64,000 nt of DNA from Laetmonice hystrix (lineage: Eukaryota): the NCBI GenBank assembly GCA_965235115.1, contig OZ249436.1:62186001-62250000 (forward strand). Reading direction: 5' to 3'. This document shows, one piece after another, positions 13,482 through 24,039 of this stretch. Numbering within the stretch: position 1 is the first letter of the stretch; each line of letters starts with the position of its first letter. Below the pieces are notes generated by a model, which searched no databases, was not told the DNA's origin, and worked only from the letters and a program-made list of their open reading frames with translations. Made by a program: the position numbers and the translations under genes.

Positions 13482-14543
13482 TTAATCAATTAAGCAAAAA
13501 TACGCAGGGGGATATCCAAGAATTATGAAAGGGAGCCGAGTAAGCGTGGAAAATTTACAAGAAATAAACAGGCTAACTTGCTCCAATATAAAGTGAGAGT
13601 CCCGGAGGAGACCATAAGAAAAAATGCATTGCGCAAAAAGGAGATCATTATAGTGGAGCTATCATATAGAACGATTATAGATGGCTGAGCGTGTTCTTCA
13701 CAAAACTAGCAGGTTTAGAGGTAGCAGTGTTTACGTCATTTTCCGTTTCACCCGCCCTAATAGGGCTATTGGCCGCCTCTTCACAAATGCATGGGAAGAG
13801 TACGCCTGACCCATCTCCGCCGTCTTTGTTCACCTACATAACATAATATTGGCAGTGTGTTCTTCTGGGAGTCAGGCACATTTAAACATGATTAACAATT
13901 AACAATTCGGAAACATCTTACTTTCACAACAGTTATAAGCTTGTTTATTGATCATGTCTCATTTCATACATAGTTTTGAAACCGTTCATTAGATCACAAA
14001 CTTACTGTTAGTTCATTTTCCCAAGTTGGGCAGGTCAGGATTTCGTGATTCCTATACGACTGGTCTTAAATACGGCCCTAGATACATTTGTGCAACGCCG
14101 CCTTGAGCCTATAGGCATGCAAAGGCTTGTCAAAAATCACATTCGGACTGCCGCAAGGCCTCCGTGTATATTCACCTTTCACAGTAGTGGTTGGAAATAA
14201 ATGTCCCCCCATTCCAGGAAGTCATATGTCAAAATGACAACCGTGTCTACATCACCGGCTTCAGCCTCGCAGCCATTGTGGCAGTGGCCGGAAGTCCGTT
14301 ACAGGAAGAGGTATTCCCCGAGTGATTTATAACTTTTTTCTTTTGACAAGAAGGTGCTCCTTTCATGTATGCCCCCTGATTCTAGAATTTTTTTGTATGT
14401 ATAAATAATTATGGCCTTGAAATCCACTAGGCATGGTGTGCTCATTTCTTGAATTTTTAATTTCAAAAGAGTAGACAAAGCAGAATCTTGGATTTTAAAA
14501 TTCAATTTTGTATACAAAGGAGTATATTTAGGCTATAACGCTG

Positions 14544-14669
14544 CTTTCACATACACACGGTTTGCGGCGTGCATTTTTGCAAAAATGGAACAATTAACTG
14601 AAAATACATGTAGATATAACCGTTCACATGCCGCATGCCGCATGCCGCACACCGTATGCATGTGAAAGC
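14544..14669. mobile_element. Small MITE-like foldback element
   Basis: gctttcacatacacacgg versus ccgtatgcatgtgaaagc form imperfect TIRs; internal gccgcat repeats. Confidence 0.5.
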
Positions 14670-15029
14670 GCCTCTATACATAAGCCTATCTATTGCCATG
14701 ATAAGCGCAGTTCCGGTTTAGCGGCACCCCCGCAGTTAATCTCGTATCAGGCTGATCGTCTCGTCATGCACATTAAAACTGGCCTCACCTAGAGCTGCTT
14801 AATTACGTCTTCTGTAAACGGCAAAGTTTTCATCAGTGGCTTGCCCTATCGGATTATGCAGACATGTATAGATCAATAAATATTTACCCACAGAAATGAA
14901 GACAGCTAATTAAATTCAACATTCCATGTTGTGCATGTGTGGAACCTCTACACGTATAGGGCCTACTATAACTTAATCAATGTGATGTCAACATTCATGT
15001 TTCTCTGTATAACAGCCAATATAATTCAT

Positions 15030-15200
15030 CGATTCGTCCCCCGATTAAATTAATTGGCTGTTCAAGTCAACGCCAGGTCAACGATTTGGTCAACAACCAG
15101 CCATAAGACGATCGCTTCATAGAGACAACAGGCATGTTGAATTTAATTAGATATCTCCATTTGTTTGGGTATACATATTGATTTACTAGTAGTCAAGATC
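15030..15200. repeat. Partial copy of the foldback element at 49527-49950
   Basis: Shares caggtcaacg...caacaaccagccat(a/g)agacgatcgcttcatag(a/t)gacaacaggcat with ~49755-49820. Confidence 0.75.
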
Positions 15201-17154
15201 AAGACTATGAATTTACTCGACTTCACTTTGTGCGGAAAGGAGATCGAGTAATAATAGGATATAATATCGCATTCTAATCGGCCGGCTTGACCAGAATTTG
15301 AGGCTGGTATAAACGGACAGCTATAGGTAGTTTCTTACGACGAATGGCAGCAGATCGAAATTCCAATTTACACCACGGTTCCATTATGCCCCACACAAGA
15401 TTAACAGGCATGACTGGAGTGAACAAAAGATTATCATGCCTGTTCTATATAATTATACATTATTTCGTTTCACAGGATATAGCCATCTACATGCTAGCAA
15501 GGCTGCACTTTATTCATAAAGATTGCTTCCGGTTACAGCTTTCACGACTCTGACGCCCAAAACTCTTGAATGCTGACTCAAACGGAAACCTTTTCATTCT
15601 CGATCCCACGGCTGCCGCCTCTGTTGTCCGGGCGTCAATGGTACTGTGTCGACCGTACCAGAGCTGTCGCCAGTAGGGATCATTAGAACCGCCGTTCTTT
15701 GATGGAGTTGAACACTGATTTTGCAGTGTACGATGGCCCATAGGCCTATAACATGATATAGCCTATACGTATGATATACAAGTATAGGTATGATATACGT
15801 CTACTGTCAAACAACGCCTACCACGGTCTTCATTTAGGGGAAAGGTGGGTAATTTGGACCAGCGGATAATTTGGACCAGTGGCCTAGCGGCCAAACAAGA
15901 CAACACTGAGCGACACTAATAACGCAACGCACTATGCGTCCATAGTGAGCGTTGTCTGGCTCTAAAATCGTTTAATTAACGCGCACCTATAAGGGCCTGC
16001 GCTAAATTTCCATTATGAAATATAAAGTTGGCAATTCTACGAAAATACGTAACGTGGATACTTAAATTGAAAAGAAGGGGGGACCGGGGACAATTACGCA
16101 AATGCTTATAAAATACTTCAACGCACCGATCGCTATTTTCATCGATCGCTAATAACGCAAGTGTGCGTTCGCTGTTAGTTATGAAACGGGGCCCTGGGCC
16201 GCTAGGCCGACCGTATAGGCTGGTTGAATTAGTGCTATATTGACACACCAGAGGGAAGCTCCAATGTAGAGTTCGAAGCAGTCCTTTCACTAGGGGGCAC
16301 CTTTAGGACTATAGGCCCCCGATACCTAAAAAAAGACCACGACTTGAACCGCTGGATACATACTACTGTACAGAGAAAGAAAGGCTTTCTTTTGACCACA
16401 AACGTATTGAAACTTTATTAAATAATTTACATAGTCACACAGTGATATAGCACTTCCCAGCATTTTCTATGTGAATAAGGGCCTACAGCATGCAAGACCT
16501 ACATTTCCCTTGTAAGTTCTAAACTGTAAAGTAGAGTGCAACAAGAGAAAAAAACAAAAAGATTACCTCATGTCTGCATATCCGTTTTATGCATGTAAGC
16601 CAATCTATAATGGATTTTACAAAGCTCCGAGTATGCTCGAATCGGTCCTATAGATGGCGCCACCAGGATGGTCATTTACTCGGCGGTCACTACACGTAAT
16701 CTACACACCATGTACTCTAGATGTGGCCATCCTTCTGCTTCCTGCGTGGTGACAAACGTAGTGTAACGCAGCATTGCAGTGGTCGATATATTGGCTACAT
16801 GCACTCCATATTATCAACGTAACTGGCCGGCTTTACGTCCTTTGTGATATAGTGTTCCCCAAATGCTGGGACGAGGATAATTATGGTTAAAAACAGCTAT
16901 AAATGACTAGTTAGCATTTCTTGCTTAGAAAACTCCAGATGGGATGGCTCCAGTCCCATGGGGTAAGCGTCACAGGGTTTTGCCCTTTAGATAGATCACT
17001 GGCATTTTAATAATAATGTTCTAATCACAATTCTTGGAATCAGTTGTCAGTAATCGCTGTACACATTCTTGAAATATTAATTGGTCACCAAATATGGGCT
17101 CGAATGCAAACTCTACATTAGCTGGTAAGAACATAGCAACAGTTTCTTGATACT

Positions 17155-18738
17155 TTATTCTTGTTTTGTATGGAACGAAGCACCTGCTTTTTGCAGTAAA
17201 CTGTTAAGCTTTCCAGCCGACTTCAAGTTTATTGTTTCTGAGCCTCCTCCGATACATTTCCCGCCAATAAATACTCGTGGAACCTGGAAAAATGATTTGA
17301 TTAAATCTGATTACAGATTAACATTTCTCCAGAATAATAACTGTACACATCCATAATATAGAACCAATTGCTGAAGGACAATTTAGATGGGCAAACTTTG
17401 AGATAATGAATGTTGCCACCTAAAATTTATAACTTAAACGGAAGGTTGAACACAGGGCATGGATGTCGACACCTTATGCTATGCGAATGGGTGCAGTAAT
17501 CTTAGGGCCTGGGTTCGATTCCTGTAGAGGACTATACAACTTTTCTCTTTAGGGACATTGTCAAAGTAATTGGGTTACCCCTGATGCCCGTGCATTTCAA
17601 AAGAAAAATACAGTGGTCCCCCTCATAAGCCTAAACGGGGATCGTTATAAGTACACATGGTTACCACCAGGTGGCTACACATGAGATAACTACATACATG
17701 TGTAGTTGTAAAACTAGGTGGCGACTTCCCATGTAGAGGGAGGGGAAAAAGGGACATGTACATGGAGTTATTCTTGCCAAATAACCTCCCACATAACAAC
17801 ATGACACAGTTTCAGTTCAGAGATAGAGAGACAGTTCAGAGAGACAAAAAAAAGTAAGTATTGTTTAAAGAAAGACTCTAGTCTTGTCCGTTTCATTTAC
17901 GGTTTTTCTAGACTCTTCTTTTAGCAAGTCATGAAGTTTGTAAATGCAGTCCAACATCTGAGTAGAAGTGGGTGGGGTGGGGGGGGGGGCGGTGTTGGTG
18001 TTAATGGAGGGTCGGCAGGCCAGTGGGCATGGGGGAGACAGTGTTATGACTGAGCCATTATTACTGCTGAGGGAAAGGCAGCATGCAGCCAAATCTGATT
18101 CTCAAAGGCTGGTGCTGATAAAGGGTGACCAGTGGAGTTGATGCAGGGATATGCCGGTGGCTGGTCGTTAGTGCTGGGTGGTCGCTTATAAGGGTGGAAT
18201 TATAGTGTGAAGTGGTAAAATGCAGTGGAAACGTGGCCGCTAGAGGCGGGTGGTCTTTAAAACAGGGGGACCACTGTAAAGTGCAGAAAGTACTTATACC
18301 TCTTATAATGACCATCCTATTATATGACCATCTTAAATTTCGCAAGGAAATATATGCAAAATGATATTATTCTTTGCAGTATTCTAGAGTTTAGCCCTCC
18401 AAGTATCATACAAATTTTACTACTGCCAATTTTCAATTTCTTTTGGCCATTTGAACCTTCATTTTAACAAAGAATTGTCTAATCAGTGAGCACCAGAGAC
18501 AGAGATATTGTGAATGACTTACTGTTCTGGCTCCTGTGATCTTAAGTAAGGCATCTTGAATCTTGTCTGCGTCCTCTCTCTTGTCGAGTTCTGTTACAAA
18601 GTATTCGACCTGCACCTCGTCCAGGACTTTTTTGGCCATCTTGCTGTATGAACATGTTGTTTTGGAGAAGATAATCACCGGATTTTTGTCGATTGCCCCT
18701 TTGATGTATTTTCCTTCTGGTGTGTTAAGGACTTCTTC
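17155..18738 (-). CDS. GLRX2: Glutaredoxin, GLRX2-like; last two coding exons (18523-18738, 17155-17283)
   Basis: The first of these exons encodes EEVLNTPEGKYIKGAIDKNPVIIFSKTTCSYSKMAKK...TGART and ends at GTAAGT. After a ttttccag acceptor the last exon encodes VPRVFIGGKCIGGGSET...HTKQE*. The RT|VP intron matches vertebrate GLRX2 as recalled. The start-codon exon was not identified and the ortholog name is tentative. Confidence 0.9.
17611..18276. mobile_element. Tc1/mariner (pogo/Tigger-like) MITE in the glutaredoxin intron
   Basis: TA|cagtggtccccct ... agggggaccactg|TA: perfect 13-bp TIR with TA duplication. Confidence 0.75.
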
Positions 18739-19286
18739 CTGTATATGCATGAAAAATAAATTTCATTGGTGGTACCAGGTTATGTTTATTATTAAAATAA
18801 CTAAATTTAACAATTTTAAGGGACTTGCCTGGGCATGGTTGAATTAAAATCCTAATTAAATTATTAATAAAGGTACCATCACATGACCACACAATGTGCT
18901 CTTCTCATGGATGCCATAAATGCTCTTGTGTTGGAAGACATCAAATTTGGAGTAGATCTACTGGTATAATACCCAGGTTATTTTATCTTGACAGTCAATG
19001 GGTCGTTAGTCAAACTGTCCGAGGTCATTGGTCAAAGTGTCCTAGCAGATTACCAGGCATAATCATAAATGAATAAAATCCGACAGAAAATGGTGGATCT
19101 TAATACATAATAGGCTGCGTGCTTTGCTTTGCAAATAAAAACTGGCTACGCTTTGCATTAGGTCCAGCAGGTGATCCAGGGTTCGTGCTGCCCGCCCGGG
19201 CCTGATTAGACCTGAACCCCGGGCCCGCGGCCTTTGGACCGGCGGACACTTTGACGCCTCTCGCCGGACACTTTGAGTTTGAATAC

Positions 19287-21663
19287 ACGACATGTCCGCC
19301 CGTCGCCATGTCCGCCCGGTCATGTCCGCCCCTCGGTACTAATGCCCTCCCGCCCGCCTTGCCTCTGAGGCTCTGTGATAGACACTCCACTCAGTCAGCT
19401 GCCCCCCTGCCGCCCGTGGTCCCGGGAAAAGCCGTCAACGTGACTAGGACAGTCTAGTGAGTTAGAGGAGTGTAGATCTATCAACAACTCTAGATCAACT
19501 ATTGTATTGTAATCGCTAAGTCCCCAACAAAATGAGAGCCACCTCGTAGGTAACGTGTCTCTTGCCGGGCGCCTCTTGAGCGGAGCGGCGAGCGCCGGAC
19601 ATGAAGGGGGACATGACCGGGGGTAGGGGCCTACATCCCAAACAAACCACCCAAACACTCAGAGAAACCACCAACCTTGCCACCCACCAACCGTTCACAG
19701 AAGACGAACTAAATGCAGTCATAAAGAAACTAAAAAGACAAAAAGCACCAGGACCAGACAGAATACCCAACACAATCTTCACGGAAGCAAACCAGACCAC
19801 AAAAAGAATCTACCTTGACGTCTTCAACCACATAGCAGATACCAAGAAAATACCGACCCAATGGAAAAAAGGCGAAGTGATCCGGATATATAAGGGAAAA
19901 GGAGCAAAAGGAAAATGCAGCAATGAAAGAGGAATAACACTATCCAGTAACGTGGGTAAGTCTTCGAACGACTACTTAACAATAGAATCCTAGACGTGAT
20001 AACAATTACTAAAAACCAAGCAGGAGGAAGGAAAGGAACATGCACCTCGGACCACATAATGAAAATCAAAGAAATCATTAACAAAAACAAACTAAACAGG
20101 AAAAACACCTACGTAACATTCCTAGACGTAACCAAAGCCTACGATAAAGCATGGCTCGAGGGCATTATGTACACGATGGCCAAGAACGGATGCGAAGGAG
20201 CAACCTGGAACCTAACCGACAAACTCAACCAAAACCTAACAACAAGAATCCAAACCAAACATGGCCTCACCAGACCCATCCACATCAACAACAGCATCAG
20301 ACAAGGAGGAGTCCTAGCTGTAACCCAATATGCAACCCTAATGGACGAAATAAACAAAGATATCCAACAGGCAAAAACAGACCCCATGAACAACATAGAC
20401 CCAGACTCCGACTGCCTCCTCTGGGTAGATGATGTGGCGACGATAACGAACAACATTAATGACCAACAAACACTCCTCTCCCTAACCAACCAAACTGCCA
20501 GCAAATACAGGATTGAATTCGGGAAAGAAAAATCCAAACTCCTAACAATTGGGAAACACCAACCCGACATCGAACTGAAACTCGGAGACATGACAATCGA
20601 CCACACGGACACCTACAAATACCTAGGAGAAACCCTCAACTCTAAAAACAACATAGACGACCACATCAAGGAAATCATAAGGAAAACCGAAGCGGCCCTA
20701 CAGACAGCCCTATTCATAGCAGGCGACGACAACTTCAGAGGAATCCAACTAAAAACCATATGGACCCTACTAGAAACCTGCATCATACCAATAATACTGT
20801 ATGGATCAGAAACATGGGACCCTAACGTAAGGCAAACAAAAAGACTCAACCAAATACTGGACAACATCATCAAAAGACTACTTAACCTCCCACAATCAAC
20901 ACCAAGAGAATGCATCTACACGGAACTAAACATCCTGGACATCGAACACAGGATCAAAACCAAACAAGCCAATTATGCCATCCAAACACAAAACAAAATA
21001 GACTCCAACACCGACCCAACAAGCGGGAACACTGGAGCAAAACCCTGGATACAAACAACATTAAACAAGATGCAACAAATGGGACTAAACCCAGAGGACC
21101 TAAAAAATCAAAGGAAAAACACGAGGAAACCAACAATCAAACAAGCAGTGACTGCAGCAATGAGACTAAACACAGAAAAAAACGGAACTGGGAAAAGCAA
21201 ATACCAATTCCTAAAAGCAAATAGGCAAGGAAACAACCTAGGAAAACCATACTACCTTAACAACCTAACCAAACAAGAGGCAAGGAACATATTTATGACC
21301 AGAACCAGAATGATAAAGGTGAAAGCCAACTACAAAAACATGTACCCAAACCAGACATGCAGGGGATGTGGCTCCCAACCCGAAACCCAAACTCATGTCC
21401 TGGAGGAATGCACGGCGATTCACCTAAACAACCACCTAAAGACCAACATTGACCAACTCTTCTCAAACGACCCAACAACAACAAAGAACACGGCAACCAA
21501 ACTACAAACAATAACCGACACCATCCACAGATGGGAAACAGCGGAGCCGATCCACCCCAACCGGAACGGCGACCTGGAGAACCAGGATTAACGCACGAAG
21601 AAAAGAAAAGAAAAGGGGGGCGGACATGACCGGACGGACATGGCTACGGGCAGACATGTCGTG
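19287..21663. mobile_element. TIR element hosting the LINE insertion
   Basis: cacgacatgtccgcccgtcgccatgtccgcccggtcatgtccgcccc (from 19287) is the near-perfect reverse complement of 21616-21663. Both flanks carry ggcggacac(t/a)ttgac tandem units of an outer repeat. Related sequence at ~61210-61300. Confidence 0.75.
19630..21615 (+). mobile_element. 5'-truncated non-LTR retrotransposon (LINE): RT plus C-terminal zinc knuckle, one frameshift
   Basis: ORFs 19601-19993 and 19996-21591 join via a 1-bp deletion near 19959 (restoring GKVFERLLNNRI). Motifs KAPGPDRIP, FLDVTKAYD, IRQGGVL, LLWVDD, YKYLG and CRGC...HVLEEC. Tail gaag(aaaag)3 at 21597-21615. No endonuclease domain. Clade not assignable by eye. 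Confidence 0.95.
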
Positions 21664-22723
21664 TTACCCTGAGTTTTACTCCTATCCCTGGACACTTTGA
21701 CTCAAACGGCGGACACATTGACTCAAGCGGCGGACACATTGACTCGGAGTTGGCAGGTTTCATATTGCTAATGTTACATTGGACGGAAAATCCAGTTTTA
21801 TGTCCCATCCAAGTATAAAATTCAAAAATTATTTTTTGAAGATTTGCTACCTTGTGCATTTTTATTGAACATTAAATTGTATGATAATGAATTCTAGGTC
21901 TGATAAACAGTCAAGAATTCCGATTAGAATATGCCAAAAGACGAAAAAGCCAAAAAACTTTACTATTTGCTAACGTTATATTCAAAGGACAGACAAATTC
22001 AATATTATTTTTCAAGGTGTTGTATACTTTATCACGCTCTGTCCCATCTCTGTGCCAACCCTCTTCCGACATTGCTGCCATGTTAAGTTGCATTGCCTAC
22101 TGGGAAGTCGTGCATTGTATGACAAATCTGGTAATTTTCCATATGCTAACGTTATGGTCAGATTGGATGGACAAACATTCCGTAACGTTAGCAAAATAAA
22201 AACCCACTTGAATTTTGACCTTTGAACGCTTTCTAGTGGTCACAAGAAACATTCATCTGCAGCATATGTAAATTATATTTGTACTATGATCGCCATCTGC
22301 CGGTACCTTCGGGAGTTAGTCATACACACAGGCTGAATGCCAAGTGACTGAATGCTAGCGTTATGCCAGGAAAGGAGGACGGAGAATTTTCAAAATTGTG
22401 ACAGTCGTGAATAAAAATGCTTTTACCTATGAAATAATCATTTTGCACAGATGCAATATAGTTTTATTAGGGCTATTTCTCTTGAGTAATTTAAGTCACT
22501 GATAGCTTGACAGTATTTTGTTTCCTTCTTTTCTATAAAGCTGGTGACAATAATGGGTTGGAAATTGTCCGGGAGTATATTTCCGTCCTCTTTGCCTCCA
22601 ATATTACCTAAGATAATAATTTTTTTAAATAAATAATAACAAACACCTTTTGATTTTTTATCTATTAGATTCACAAAATAGGTGCAAAACCATCCGTCAT
22701 TGGAAATTTAAAGAGTAGGCCTA

Positions 22724-23386
22724 ACGTCACAGGACCCTAATTCGCCGGCTACCCTAATTCGCCATGACGTAGCTTTTTCTGCAAATACTTGTCCTGTGTT
22801 GTAAAAAATATTTAGATATAACATTCTACGTAAAACAAACACATAGCTGAGATGTGCATGGATCCAGGATATCAATTTGGAAGGGGTAAGACTTGGAAAA
22901 GGGGGTACAACAGTCCATTCAGGAAACTATGTAGAAAGTAAAATTTCAAGGGGGCCTGAGACCTGCTAGGTGTGCCCCTGCTTTCAGTTTCAGCCACCCA
23001 GTCCACCCCTATGCCCTTGATCACCCCAATACCCCTGTCCCATCCCCTTATATATTACCTGGTACCAGAGTACCAAAATGCAAAAAAATTAAAATTGAAA
23101 ATTAACCATTTTTTTAAAACCTATGTCGAGGGGGGGGGGGGGTTAATTAGTTTAATTAAAATGGCGAATTAGGGTACTGATCTTGCCAATTGGAGTAACC
23201 CTGACTGGAATAATAACCCCTCCCTGGGATTCCCCCAGTAGGGCGTGGAATAACTTAGTTTTCCAATGAAACATCCCGGAAGATGGACAGCTTGTTTGAA
23301 ACGGTTGCTTGACATCATGACTTAAATAATAGTTCAATTATGAGTAAATATATCGTTTTTGGTGGCGAATTAGGGTCCTGTGACGT
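22724..23386. mobile_element. MITE with TA-flanked TIRs
   Basis: TA|acgtcacaggaccctaattcgcc ... ggcgaattagggtcctgtgacgt|TA, with ccctaattcgcc sub-repeats at ~22750 and ~23162. Confidence 0.8.
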
Positions 23387-23594
23387 TACACAAAATAAAT
23401 ATTAATACTGCATTACTGGCTAATTTTTTGTTTTCCGTCAATGTAACATTAACATTAGCACTATGAAATCAGCCAGTTATATTTTGGTTTTAGAAATAGT
23501 GCCGTAACTCAAGAAAATGGCTTTCAAATTACGACTGCCGTAACCCTATCCTGTGCCTTAATAAAATCGGACTTCGACTCTACGTAGGGCCTAC

Positions 23595-23741
23595 CGTAAA
23601 ACTTGCAACTCCCACGTCATTGGCATTGGCTGTCACCTTCTTTTTCGCCCAGGTTGGTAGGTACACCTCAATATATGGGTAAATGTATTTGTGAAAGATC
23701 CAAAGAAGAGCAGGAATGATTATACAAGGAACACACACCAT
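23595..23741 (-). CDS. C18orf32: UPF0729 / C18orf32 homolog, first coding exon
   Basis: MVCVPCIIIPALLWIFHKYIYPYI matches the family N-terminus MVCIPCIVIPVLLW. Acceptor ttgtttcag lies 15 nt upstream of the ATG; phase-0 donor ACG|GTAGGC at 23594. If unspliced, the ORF stops at 23580 (53 aa). Confidence 0.9.
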
Positions 23742-23819
23742 TCTTGTATTGTATGGCTGAAACAACCCTTAAAACTGCGTAACAAACTAAAATTTTAAGT
23801 GTTTCTGAGGTTCCCTAAC

Positions 23820-23960
23820 CTACTAACTCGATGTCACCATAAACCGGATGTACAACGTGGGATTAGCACATTAGAAAATGCGCATGCGTGGTGGAAAGTG
23901 CCATGTACTTCCGGTGTTGACGGAGTTGTCTTCAAAATCTGTCAAATATCTCCCGTTTTT
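23820..23960. promoter_or_regulatory. Bidirectional promoter between C18orf32 and LYSMD3
   Basis: Divergent ATGs only ~300 bp apart (23741 and 24040). NRF1-type tgcgcatgcg at 23879-23888 and ETS-type acttccggt at 23907-23915. Confidence 0.75.
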
Positions 23961-24039
23961 GCGGCCACATCAGAGGGAATTTTTTCACGAAGACTGACCC
24001 GATGTTTAGGCTTGAGCGGTCGGCGGCGGGTTGTGTAAA

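Noticed and set aside
17490-17530. B-box-like gggttcgattcc suggesting a tRNA or SINE
   Set aside because: No A box, acceptor stem or anticodon arm can be folded; at most a decayed SINE head.
16640-17730. CTCF-like motifs (ccaccaggtggc at ~17668, tagatggcgcc at ~16650)
   Set aside because: Short motifs, one inside a MITE; binding cannot be inferred from sequence.
21911-22610. Alternative first exons for the glutaredoxin or second exons for C18orf32 (MAAMSEEG...DK|gtatac; MGQS|gtgata; ttag|VILEAKRTE...)
   Set aside because: Weak splice sites and no family-like sequence. They remain the main alternatives to the fusion hypothesis but none is supportable.
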